Assembly (NCBI GenBank): GCA_021498095.1
Contig: JAIZWK010000001.1
Coordinates: forward strand, 2,820,001 to 2,852,000
DNA: 32,000 nt
Source: Candidatus Harpocratesius repetitus
Lineage (GTDB): Archaea > Asgardarchaeota > Lokiarchaeia > Sigyniarchaeales > Promethearchaeaceae
Reading direction: 5' to 3'
The first letter of the stretch is position 1. Every line of letters begins with the position of its first letter. Positions 8,783 to 18,493 of the stretch are shown here, in pieces. The translations under genes were made by a program, and so were the position numbers. The notes under the pieces are model-generated. The model worked only from the letters and a program-made list of their open reading frames with translations. It had not been told where the DNA came from and searched no databases.

Positions 8783-9931
8783 TTAGTCACCTTCTTGAAC
8801 ATTTTTTGCGATTTCTTGAACTTTAACTAAAGTTTTTCTAATATCTTGATTTACGGGGCAAACTTGAATACATCTACCGCAGCCCACACAACCTAAAATA
8901 TCATAATTTTTAAGATAATAATTGAATTTATGATAAATTCTTTGCCGAGTTCTTTTTTCTCCAGCTGCTCGGGGATTATGCCCTGATGCTTCCAAGGTAA
9001 ACAAAGGAATTTGACATGTATCCCAAATTCTGACTCTTTTTCCTATAGATTTCCCAACTATATCAGTTTTTTCAATTTTTTCTTGCACATCAAAGCAATG
9101 ACATGTTGGACAAATGTAGCTACATGCGCCACATTTTAAACATGTACGGGCGATTTTTTGCCATATTTCATGGTTGTAAAGACCTTCAAGTTCCATTTCA
9201 ATGTTATCTAAATTAAGGGAAACTCGAATTTGCTCACGGGCGTGAGAAGCATTTTGATCTTTTAATTTTAAATCTTCTAATGAAGCATTTGAGTAAGATT
9301 CAACGTAGGGCTTAAATTTCTCACCATTAGGAGAAATAATCTGAAAAAGATACTTTTCGGGTAATTCATATAAAACTGCATCGAAACCTTCTACCGAATA
9401 TGGTCCACCATTTACAGATGTACAAAAACATGTTGTCATTGGCTCATTGCAAGCGATTCCAATAAGTAACGTATGATTTCGCTTATTAAAATAATAAGGA
9501 TCGCTGTACTTCCCAGAAGAGAAGAATGTATCTAATATTTTAAAGCTACGTGCATCGCAATTTCTTATCCCAAAAATGATTTGATTATTAATTTCTGCTC
9601 CTTTTTCCGCAATCTTAATGTTGTTACCTTCTATTTCATAGGAAAAAAGCACTTCACTTTGTGGGAATAGAAATTTTTTTGGTGCTATACGAATATTTTG
9701 ATATTCTGGAAATTCGTATTCTTCATTTAATACATCAACATAATCAAAAATTAACTCATTGTTTTTGGTTTTTTCTTTACTTTTATCTTTATTTTTATGA
9801 GTCGGAAGTATGAGTTTATATTCTTTATTTAATCTTTCCAAGAATATTTTTAGTTCTTCTTTTGGAATAACTTTGAAGCAGTCTTGACTATTTTGATTCT
9901 GATTTCCTGTCCCTTCCATGTATCTTTTCAC
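8783..9931 (-). CDS. flxB: 4Fe-4S dicluster protein, FlxB/AsrA family
   Basis: PKKFLFP, GIRNCD, CxxxxxTCFC, CLKCGACSYICPTCHCF and GCVGCGRCIQVCP. Confidence 0.8.
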   Translation of the reverse strand: MKRYMEGTGNQNQNSQDCFKVIPKEELKIFLERLNKEYKLILPTHKNKDKSKEKTKNNELIFDYVDVLNEEYEFPEYQNIRIAPKKFLFPQSEVLFSYEIEGNNIKIAEKGAEINNQIIFGIRNCDARSFKILDTFFSSGKYSDPYYFNKRNHTLLIGIACNEPMTTCFCTSVNGGPYSVEGFDAVLYELPEKYLFQIISPNGEKFKPYVESYSNASLEDLKLKDQNASHAREQIRVSLNLDNIEMELEGLYNHEIWQKIARTCLKCGACSYICPTCHCFDVQEKIEKTDIVGKSIGKRVRIWDTCQIPLFTLEASGHNPRAAGEKRTRQRIYHKFNYYLKNYDILGCVGCGRCIQVCPVNQDIRKTLVKVQEIAKNVQEGD

Positions 9932-9937
9932 ACCTAC

Positions 9938-10978
9938 CTATTCCTCACTCATAATAAATTCTTGAGGATCTTCATTATTATAAGATCCCAGTACGGATTT
10001 ACTTCCCAATTCTACCTTTTCAATATTCCAACGATCTCGTACAGATTTTCGTAGTTTTTTATAAATTAAATGAATATCTACTCCTTCTGGACAAGCACGG
10101 GAACAAGCATCACATCCTGCACAACGCCCTGCTAAGTGGAGTGCTCGTGTCATATGGAAGAGAACCTTTTCAGAAAGATCGTCGTTTTTATCAAACCATT
10201 GAGGTTGGTTTTGATCTATGAAACATATCTTGCAATAACATAACGGACAAGCATTTCTACAAGCCATGCATAAAGTGCATTTTTCCAATTCACTAGTAAA
10301 ATAATTCCATCTTTCTTGAGCTGCTTTGGCTTCAAATTCAATAACATCTTGATACTCATCAATTTTTTGATATTTCATTAATTCTTCAGAATTAGGTGTT
10401 TGTTTTTTGGCAGAAACTTCAATTTGGTAATCAAATTCATCTGGTATTTTGTTTTTACAGAATAAGCAAGAATCAGAAAGAATTTTATCGAAATTTATGA
10501 TTTGTTCTTCTTTATGAGTCAAGATTTTAATCTTAGTTCCTTCAATACTTCCTTTTATTATTTCAGAATTTCCAATTATTTTCTTAATTTTATTTAAATC
10601 GATAATTCCGTAATCACAAGGCACTCCGATGATAATAACATCTTCTCGTTTAATTTGCTTCTCATTTATTAAAACAATTAATGAATGAATCTCACAGTTT
10701 TTTAAAATAATTCCTACTTTTTTGGTATGAGGTTGTTCTAAAAGAAATTTTACAAGATTTAAATTACAGTAATCTGTCCAAATTAAGCGCTCAATATCAT
10801 CTTCTGATTCAATAAATAGAGGTGCTGCAGTTAATGGTAAAGGTCCGGGTTCAAATCCTAAAACATACTCCACTTCTTCTTCTAGTAGAATCTGCTTTAC
10901 AATTCTTTTCAGTGAATTTTGTATTTCTTCCATTTTTCCAATTTTTTCTATTTCTTTATTCTCTTCTTTTTGTTCCAT
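9938..10978 (-). CDS. flxC: Fe-S protein, FlxC family (FrhB/FdhB-related)
   Basis: KCTLCMACRNACPLCYC and FHMTRALHLAGRCAGCDACSRACP. Start placed at the ATG 5 nt after GGGGTGA; position between flxD and flxB fits. Confidence 0.7.
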   Translation of the reverse strand: MEQKEENKEIEKIGKMEEIQNSLKRIVKQILLEEEVEYVLGFEPGPLPLTAAPLFIESEDDIERLIWTDYCNLNLVKFLLEQPHTKKVGIILKNCEIHSLIVLINEKQIKREDVIIIGVPCDYGIIDLNKIKKIIGNSEIIKGSIEGTKIKILTHKEEQIINFDKILSDSCLFCKNKIPDEFDYQIEVSAKKQTPNSEELMKYQKIDEYQDVIEFEAKAAQERWNYFTSELEKCTLCMACRNACPLCYCKICFIDQNQPQWFDKNDDLSEKVLFHMTRALHLAGRCAGCDACSRACPEGVDIHLIYKKLRKSVRDRWNIEKVELGSKSVLGSYNNEDPQEFIMSEE

Positions 10979-10979
10979 T

Positions 10980-11594
10980 TTAATCACCCCCACTCTTCAT
11001 TTGGGTAAAAAGTCGATTGGGACCCAATTTCTTTACTTGTTCAGTAACCTTTTTAATAATTTTTGCAAAAGCGACTCCTTCAGCAGCAGATACCCATGAA
11101 AAATTAACACGTCCTTTCTCAATTCCCATGAATTCTAAAAGATCTTCGATTATGGAAAATTTTCGGCGTGCATAATAATTTCCAGATATGTAATGACAAT
11201 CGCCTGGATGGCAACCACTAACAAGGACTCCATCCCATCCGACTTGCAAACTTTTCAAAATAAAAAGTGGATTAATTCGACCTGAGCATGGTACTCGAAC
11301 AATTCGAACATTAGGGGGATATTGAATTCTGCTTACCCCTGCGAGATCAGCACCTGCATAACTGCACCAATTGCATAGAAAAGCCAGAATTTTTGGTTCC
11401 CACGATTCATCTGAAGTATTAGTAATTTCAATTTCATTAAGTGTGCTCAATTCGTTATTCTTTTTAATCTTATTAATTTCCTCTTCTTCCAAAATAGATG
11501 CTTGGCCAATATCCTTGATATCTACGGCTTGCTCTTCTGCATTTTTTATATTATTATGCATGTTTTCTTGATTTTTTATATTATTTGAATTCAT
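10980..11594 (-). CDS. flxD: MvhD/FlxD [2Fe-2S] subunit with a low-complexity N-terminal extension
   Basis: EPKILAFLCNWCSYAGAD, RVPCSGR, GCHPGDCHY and WVSAAEG. GGAGGT lies upstream of the ATG. Confidence 0.85.
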   Translation of the reverse strand: MNSNNIKNQENMHNNIKNAEEQAVDIKDIGQASILEEEEINKIKKNNELSTLNEIEITNTSDESWEPKILAFLCNWCSYAGADLAGVSRIQYPPNVRIVRVPCSGRINPLFILKSLQVGWDGVLVSGCHPGDCHYISGNYYARRKFSIIEDLLEFMGIEKGRVNFSWVSAAEGVAFAKIIKKVTEQVKKLGPNRLFTQMKSGGD

Positions 11595-11610
11595 AATGTA
11601 TGGACCTCCA

Positions 11611-14600
11611 CTATTTTAGCTCGTTAATAACGAGATACATTTCCTCATTGGTAAATCCGAATAAATCTATAGCGGAACCTCGACAACTAGCTGCACAAGC
11701 ACCACATCCTTTACATAAGGCAGAATTTATCTCAGCAATATTTCGTTCCTCATTCATCGTTATAGCATTATATGCACAAATTTCTATGCATAAACCGCAA
11801 CCAGAACACTTTACAGCATTAATTGATGCTACAATACCTTCTGTTTCAATTTCATCTTTACTCAAATATGTTAAAGCACGGGAAACAGTTGCATTAGCTT
11901 GCATGATTGATTCATCAATGGTTCGGGGAGAATGAGCTAATCCACATAGAAAAATTCCTTCTGTTGCAAAATCAACAGGTCGCAGCTTAACGTGTGCTTC
12001 CAAGTAAAACTTATCACTATTAAGTGGAACCTTTAACATAGGGGCTAATTTTTCATTGGATTCGTATGGAGGCCTTATTCCAACACTTAAGACTAAAAGA
12101 TCTGGGTTTAAATCAAGTGAACCAATATTGGGTGAATTTACATGAAGAATTAGATTATTATTAATTTTTTCAAGTTCAGGAGGGGATTCAGGTTCAAAGT
12201 GGATAAAAAGAACACCTTTAATTCGAGCTTCTCGATAAAATTTTTCCTTAAGACCATAAGTCCGAATATCACGATAAAGGACAATAACCTCCTTTTCTGG
12301 ATATAATTCTTTAAGTTTTAATGCATTTTTAATGGCTTCAGAGCAACAAACTCGACTACAATATGGATATTCCTCATTTCGAGAGCCGATACATTGAATC
12401 ATCACAATTTTCTGAACATCTGATCCAATATCTTTCTTGAATAATTGTTTTTCAAACTCGATTTGAGTAATTACTCTTGGATCTTTAGAATATAAATATT
12501 CTGTAGGTTCATAAGGTACACCACCAGTAGCAACTATGATAATACCATGCTCCAAAGTTGTTTCTTTTCGTTCACCGTTATCAATATAATGGATGGTTGT
12601 TTTAAAATTTCCAATGAATCCATCGATCGATTCAATTTCGGTTCCCAAATATACATCCAATTTAGGATTTGAATTGGTTTGATTAATCAGATTTGAAATA
12701 TAATCTTGAACACTCTCATGTGTTAGCATTTCATGAATATTTTTTGCAAATCCTCCCAATTCATTAGTTTTCTCAAGGATATAAGTATGAAATCCCTGTT
12801 TTGCAAATCCTAAGGCAGCAGTTAAGCCAGAAATTCCGCCGCCAATTACCAAAACCTTATGTGACATCTTTAAAATAGTTCTTTTGAGCGGTTCAATTTT
12901 ATTCGCCTTAGCCACAGCCATTCTAACCAAGTCTTTTGCTTTCTGAGTAGCTGCTTCAGGTTCATGCATATGTACCCAACTACATTGATCTCTGATGTTT
13001 GCCATTTCAAAAAGATATGGATTTAACCCAGCTTCTTGAAGTGTTTGCTGGAAAAGCGGTTCATGTGTTCGAGGAGTGCAAGAAGCTACAATGACTCGAT
13101 TTAAATCATGAGTTTGAACACTTTCGACTATTTTTTGTTGAGTATCTGCAGAACATGTATAAAGATTATCTTCAGAATATTCGACATTCTCCAGCTTACT
13201 AGCATATTCAACAACTCCAGGCACATCAACAACGCCACCTATGTTGATCCCACAATGACAAATAAATACTCCAATTTTTGGGGGATCACCTTGAACATTT
13301 CTTTCAGGTGGCAATTCTTTCTTTGTGACAAGGGTATTTCGAGCAGAATTTAACAAAATATTTACATGTGCAGCACTAGCACTTGCTTGAATAACACTTT
13401 CTGGAATATCCTTTGGTGAACTAAATGCTCCACACACGTAAATACCTGGTTTTGATGTTTTGGATTGTTCAAATGTGTCTGTTTGGCAGAAATTGTATTC
13501 ATTAAGTTCAATACCCAATACTTTACTTAATTCTATAGCATCAGAAGGTGGAGTTAATCCAACACTAAGAACAACCATGTTATATTCTTCAGTTTTTATT
13601 GTGCCATCTTCAACTTCATAATTTAAGATCAAATTATCATTATCAGGATTCTCCGCAATAGAAGAAATCCGGGAGCGTATATATTTGATTCCATATTCAT
13701 CTTTAGCTCTATCAATATACTTATCAAAATCCTTACCGTAAGCTCTTATATCCATTGTGAAAATTGTAGGATTTACTTGGTGTTGATGTTCTTTGGCGAT
13801 TACAGCTTCTTTTGCTGTGTACATACAGCAAACAGAAGAACAGTAGGGATGAGCATGATGAACATCTCTTGATCCAACACACTGAATAAATGCAACCTTT
13901 TCAGGAATTTCTCCATCAGAAGGCCGTAAAACCATCCCTGAATAGGGACCACTAGCACTTAAAATTCGTTCAAATTCGATACTCGATACTACATTTTTAT
14001 ACTTCCCATATCCATACATCTTTAATGGAGAAGGATCGAATTCGTCAAAGCCAGGTGCTAAGATAATTGCGCCAATATTGATAATTTCTTCAACTTTTTC
14101 TTGAGAATATTCCACTGCATGAGCTTTACAAACACTTTGACAAATACCACAACCAATACATTTTTCTTTATTGATTGAAAAAATTAAAGGAACAGACTGT
14201 GGATATTTAACAGAGATTGCATGATTAATAACCATTTTTTCATTATATATATCGATACTCTCCATAGGACATTCTTGAGCACAAACTCCACATCCAGTAC
14301 AAGCATCTTGATTGATATACAGTGGATTTTTTAATAAACGAACTTGAAAATTCCCCGCTTCACCTTCTAAACCAAGGATTTGGGAATTAATTATAAGATT
14401 GATATTCGGATTGCGCCCAGTCTCTACGAGTTTTGGTGAAAGTATACACATCGAGCAATCATTGGTTGGAAATGTCTTATCTAATTGAGACATAACACCT
14501 CCAATACCTGCGCTTTTTTCAAGTAAATAGACTTTAAATCCGGATTCTGCTAGATCCAATGATGATTGAATTCCAGCAATTCCACCTCCGACAACTAAAA

Positions 14601-14619
14601 CTGCACCAATTTTTTCCAT
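11611..14619 (-). CDS. hdrA: Heterodisulfide reductase subunit A, fused double-FAD form (1002 aa)
   Basis: GGGIAG and GGGISG FAD sites, LDKTFPTNDCSMC, two IQC(V/I)GSR...CS.(V)CC motifs, GVFICHCG, ASCTPRTH, and four ferredoxin CxxCxxCxxxC motifs. Confidence 0.92.
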   Translation of the reverse strand: MEKIGAVLVVGGGIAGIQSSLDLAESGFKVYLLEKSAGIGGVMSQLDKTFPTNDCSMCILSPKLVETGRNPNINLIINSQILGLEGEAGNFQVRLLKNPLYINQDACTGCGVCAQECPMESIDIYNEKMVINHAISVKYPQSVPLIFSINKEKCIGCGICQSVCKAHAVEYSQEKVEEIINIGAIILAPGFDEFDPSPLKMYGYGKYKNVVSSIEFERILSASGPYSGMVLRPSDGEIPEKVAFIQCVGSRDVHHAHPYCSSVCCMYTAKEAVIAKEHQHQVNPTIFTMDIRAYGKDFDKYIDRAKDEYGIKYIRSRISSIAENPDNDNLILNYEVEDGTIKTEEYNMVVLSVGLTPPSDAIELSKVLGIELNEYNFCQTDTFEQSKTSKPGIYVCGAFSSPKDIPESVIQASASAAHVNILLNSARNTLVTKKELPPERNVQGDPPKIGVFICHCGINIGGVVDVPGVVEYASKLENVEYSEDNLYTCSADTQQKIVESVQTHDLNRVIVASCTPRTHEPLFQQTLQEAGLNPYLFEMANIRDQCSWVHMHEPEAATQKAKDLVRMAVAKANKIEPLKRTILKMSHKVLVIGGGISGLTAALGFAKQGFHTYILEKTNELGGFAKNIHEMLTHESVQDYISNLINQTNSNPKLDVYLGTEIESIDGFIGNFKTTIHYIDNGERKETTLEHGIIIVATGGVPYEPTEYLYSKDPRVITQIEFEKQLFKKDIGSDVQKIVMIQCIGSRNEEYPYCSRVCCSEAIKNALKLKELYPEKEVIVLYRDIRTYGLKEKFYREARIKGVLFIHFEPESPPELEKINNNLILHVNSPNIGSLDLNPDLLVLSVGIRPPYESNEKLAPMLKVPLNSDKFYLEAHVKLRPVDFATEGIFLCGLAHSPRTIDESIMQANATVSRALTYLSKDEIETEGIVASINAVKCSGCGLCIEICAYNAITMNEERNIAEINSALCKGCGACAASCRGSAIDLFGFTNEEMYLVINELK

Positions 14620-14630
14620 GTTACTTCACT

Positions 14631-15455
14631 TTATTCAATTGCAATATATATTGGACTCAAATCCTTAATTGTTGTTAAATTAACCAATCCCCTCTGCCGT
14701 AAAACTAATATATGGCTTAAAACTTCGCTTGATGCAAGTTTAAGTTTTCTTGAGAGATCTCGCACAGAACTGGGATTATTTTTAAGAGTTACGTAAATAT
14801 AATTACGGATATATTCAGTTTGGACTGCCTCTTCCAATATATTAGCATATTTATCTTCATCGACTTTTTCTTCATAAACATTTCCTTGATTTAAAATACT
14901 TCGTTCCCTTCCAACCAATTTCCGAATTCTTCCATCTGATACGACTCGCTTAATTGCTTCCATCTTTGAAATCAGAGATTTTTCTGGAAAATCTTTATTT
15001 TTGGGTGAAAGTGGGGAAGGTCCCATTGTCCTTATGTTTTCAGTAAAATCGGATACAATTTGGCTAAAATATGTGCCTTCAGCAGCTGAAACCCAATTTA
15101 ATTCAACCCTCTTTTCTAACTCGATATTTTTTAGTAAAATTTGAAGCATTTCATAATTTGCTTTAGCTTCGTAATTTCCTTCACCATAGTGACAATCACC
15201 TAAATGACAACCAAGTATTAGAATCCCATCAATTCCCTTTAAAAGAGCATCAGCAACGAAAACAGGATCAACCCGACCACTACACATAACTCTAATAACA
15301 CGAATATTTGGAGGATATTGAAGTCTACTGACTCCAGCTAAATCTGCTCCTGCATAAGAGCACCAATTACACAAAAATCCTAATATTTTAGGCTCAAAGT
15401 CTTTTTTAACTTCAGATTTATTATTTGGCTCAATGTTATCCTTACTTTCAGTCAC
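14631..15455 (-). CDS. mvhD: MvhD-like subunit with a C-terminal winged-helix-like extension
   Basis: FLCNWCSYAGAD, RVMCSGRVD and GCHLGDCHY. Start placed at GTG 15455, 9 nt after GGAGG. Confidence 0.85.
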   Translation of the reverse strand: MTESKDNIEPNNKSEVKKDFEPKILGFLCNWCSYAGADLAGVSRLQYPPNIRVIRVMCSGRVDPVFVADALLKGIDGILILGCHLGDCHYGEGNYEAKANYEMLQILLKNIELEKRVELNWVSAAEGTYFSQIVSDFTENIRTMGPSPLSPKNKDFPEKSLISKMEAIKRVVSDGRIRKLVGRERSILNQGNVYEEKVDEDKYANILEEAVQTEYIRNYIYVTLKNNPSSVRDLSRKLKLASSEVLSHILVLRQRGLVNLTTIKDLSPIYIAIE

Positions 15456-17148
15456 TTGTTGTTCCCTCCAATAGTGCCGCAATCTGAGATTCAATTTGAT
15501 TATCGGTAAAATGTCGCATTACAATAGCATGTTCAGGACATGTCGTAGCGCATGCACCACATCCTTTACACAATACTGCAGTAACGACCACCTTATCATC
15601 TTCATCTCTTGAAATAGCTTTATAATTACATTTTTTCAGACAAACTTCACATTGAATACATTTATCTTGATCAATCCATGCAGTACCCCCTTCAACACTG
15701 AATTTTCCCTTTTTCAATATCCGACTGGCTCTGGAGGCTGCAGCATATCCTTGTGAAATAGATTCTGGAATATTACCAGGCCATCTACAAGTACCACATA
15801 CGAATATTCCATCATTTGAAAAATCTACAGGTCGTAATTTTATGTGAGCTTCAAGGAAAAATCCATACTCATCGATTGGAACTTTTAGCATTTTAGAAAG
15901 TGATTCGCTCTCTGGATATGGAATTAAAGGAGTGGATAGCACCACTAAATCACATTCAATCTCAATATTACCATTTTGGGAGAAGTTGTAATAAATAACG
16001 CTATGATCAGTAACTTCTGGAGGATGTGCTTCATCGTATCGAGAAAAAATAATTCCTTCCTTTCGAGTGTCTCGATAAAATTCTTCTTGATACGTTCCAG
16101 AAGTATAAATATCACGGTTTAAAATAAAGATCTCTGTTTCTGGATTATTCTTTTTAATAATTCGTGCGTTTTTCATGGCAGTCATACAACAAATTGTCGA
16201 ACAATATGGTCGTTCGGGTATTCTAGACCCTACACATTGAATCATTACTATTTTCTGATAAGTAAATTGATCTTGTTTTAGTAATTCTTCTAATTCTTTC
16301 TGCGTAATAACCCGTTTGCCATCATAATTATAATATCCTTCAGGTTTTAATACATCCGACCCTGTAGCGACAATAATAGCTCCAACCTTCACACTTCTCT
16401 CTTGTTTTGACTCCTCTCCTTTTTCCTTTTCAGTAGATTGAATTTTAATATCAAAATTTCCAATATATCCCTCAATAGATGAAATTTCTGAAGAGGTGTA
16501 AACTTTAATCAAAGGATTAGAAAGTATTTCATCCCTTTTTCTTAATATTTGTTCGGGATCCATGTTATTCGGAAATAATTTATGAAGGGTAAGTAATTGA
16601 CCGCCTAATTGCGGTTTTTTTTCTACAATAATTGTTTGAAAACCTTGATTTGCTAATATCTCAGCCGCACTCATTCCACTAATTCCTCCACCAATAACTA
16701 AAGCAGATGGTTCAACATCGATTTGATGTTTTTCGAGTGCTTCCAATAAACTCGCTCTAGCTACACCCATTCGAATTAAATCGCGGGCTTTTGAAGTTGC
16801 CTTTTCGTGATCCATTTGATGGACCCAAGAACATTGTTCACGAATATTAACAAATTCAAAAAAATAAGGATTTAATCCCATTTCTTTACAAATACCTTGA
16901 AACAAAGGCTCATGAGTACGTGGAGTACAAGCAGCAACTACAACGCGATTTAAGTTATTTTCCTTAATTCCTTTTTTGATTGCTGATAATCCTGTTTCAG
17001 AACATGTATACAAATTTCTTTGGGTGAAAACCACATTATCCAAGGTTTTAGCATATTCAGTTAAAGAGGGAACATCTAAAATGCCGCCGATATTTGTTCC
17101 ACAATGACAAATGAAAACACCAATCCGAGTTTCTTCTTTTTTCTTCAT
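15448..17148 (-). CDS. hdrA: HdrA-like protein corresponding to the C-terminal half of the fused HdrA
   Basis: GVFICHCG, AACTPRTH, NIREQCSWVH, GGGISG, IQCVGSR, EAHIKLRPVD and two terminal ferredoxin motifs. Start placed at the ATG 5 nt after GGTGA; the track begins at GTG 17157. Confidence 0.88.
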   Translation of the reverse strand: MKKKEETRIGVFICHCGTNIGGILDVPSLTEYAKTLDNVVFTQRNLYTCSETGLSAIKKGIKENNLNRVVVAACTPRTHEPLFQGICKEMGLNPYFFEFVNIREQCSWVHQMDHEKATSKARDLIRMGVARASLLEALEKHQIDVEPSALVIGGGISGMSAAEILANQGFQTIIVEKKPQLGGQLLTLHKLFPNNMDPEQILRKRDEILSNPLIKVYTSSEISSIEGYIGNFDIKIQSTEKEKGEESKQERSVKVGAIIVATGSDVLKPEGYYNYDGKRVITQKELEELLKQDQFTYQKIVMIQCVGSRIPERPYCSTICCMTAMKNARIIKKNNPETEIFILNRDIYTSGTYQEEFYRDTRKEGIIFSRYDEAHPPEVTDHSVIYYNFSQNGNIEIECDLVVLSTPLIPYPESESLSKMLKVPIDEYGFFLEAHIKLRPVDFSNDGIFVCGTCRWPGNIPESISQGYAAASRASRILKKGKFSVEGGTAWIDQDKCIQCEVCLKKCNYKAISRDEDDKVVVTAVLCKGCGACATTCPEHAIVMRHFTDNQIESQIAALLEGTTSD

Positions 17149-17153
17149 TTTCA

Positions 17154-18470
17154 TCACCGATTTAGTTTATACAAGTATTCAGCGGCTTTTGCAGCTGCCC
17201 CTGAAGCATTCACCACAGAATGAGGAATATCCATGGGACCAAGACAAGTTCCGCATGCAAATATTCCAGAAATATTAGTGCTGACAGGAGTTTCGAGATT
17301 AGTTTTTATAAAATTAAATTCATCTAATTCTAAATCTAATATACTTGTTATTTTATCCGAATTTTTTGTTGGTATCATAGCTGAAGCCAATATAACCAAT
17401 TCAACTTTTTTTGTTTTTATTTCAAATGTATTCAAATCTTCATAATATAGAATAGGATTATCATTTTCATCGATTTTAATTTCAGCAACTTTACCTCGAA
17501 TATACTTGACATTATATTCATTTTTCGCTCGATCTACATATTTTTGAAAGTTTTTCCCACCAGCTCTAAGATCTATATAAAAAATGTATGATTGCAATTC
17601 AGGATCATGTTCTTTAGATAAAATTGCATGTTTTGTTGAATATGTGCAACAAATTGATGAACAATATGAATTTGTCCGTATATCCCGTGATCCTACGCAT
17701 TGTATGAATGCAATTGTCTTTGGAGGTTTATTATCTGATAATCTTCGTATATGTCCACTAGTTGGACCAGAAGCACTAATCATTCGTTCATATTCTAAAC
17801 CTGTAATTACATTCTTGTATCTTTTATATCCATAAAGATGCAGAGGGCTTGGATCATATTGGTTTGATCCAATTGCGACAATAATTGCATCAGTCTCTAA
17901 ATGATATAACTCATCCGTCTGCATAAAGTCTATAGCATCTTTTGGACAAACTTTTTGGCAAAGACCACAGACTTCTTTATTTTTATCCAAATTTTTCAAT
18001 CGTAAGCAGTATTCCTTATCGATTGCCATAACTGCGGGAATTCCTTGCAAATAATACAAGTAAATTGCTTTTCTTTTTCTCATTTCCATATCAAATTGAT
18101 CATCGACTTTAACAGGACATTTTGCAACACATTGCCCACAGTTAATGCATGCACTCTCGTCAACAAATCTAGCTTGTCGCTTTAATGTTACATCAAATTT
18201 TTTTCCAATCTTTTTCACAGCTTCAATTTGAGTTAAAGAATGAATTTTAATTTGTGGGTGACGAAAGCAATCAGAGAGTTTTGGGGCAAGTATACAAATT
18301 GAACAATCATTGGTGGGTAAAGTCTTATCTAACTGAGCCATTCGACCTCCAATGCACGGTTTTTGTTCAATCAAATCAACTTGATAATCCATATCACCTA
18401 AATCGAGAGATGCTTGAATTCCTGCAATTCCACCCCCGATGATCATCACTCTTTTAGTGTGCTCTTCCAA
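17154..18470 (-). CDS. hdrA: HdrA-like protein corresponding to the N-terminal half of the fused HdrA
   Basis: GGGIAG, LDKTLPTNDCSIC, CINCGQCVAKCP, IQCVGSRD...CSSICC and GPMDIP. Confidence 0.88.
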   Translation of the reverse strand: MEEHTKRVMIIGGGIAGIQASLDLGDMDYQVDLIEQKPCIGGRMAQLDKTLPTNDCSICILAPKLSDCFRHPQIKIHSLTQIEAVKKIGKKFDVTLKRQARFVDESACINCGQCVAKCPVKVDDQFDMEMRKRKAIYLYYLQGIPAVMAIDKEYCLRLKNLDKNKEVCGLCQKVCPKDAIDFMQTDELYHLETDAIIVAIGSNQYDPSPLHLYGYKRYKNVITGLEYERMISASGPTSGHIRRLSDNKPPKTIAFIQCVGSRDIRTNSYCSSICCTYSTKHAILSKEHDPELQSYIFYIDLRAGGKNFQKYVDRAKNEYNVKYIRGKVAEIKIDENDNPILYYEDLNTFEIKTKKVELVILASAMIPTKNSDKITSILDLELDEFNFIKTNLETPVSTNISGIFACGTCLGPMDIPHSVVNASGAAAKAAEYLYKLNR

Positions 18471-18493
18471 TTTTACTCACTTCTGTTCCGATC

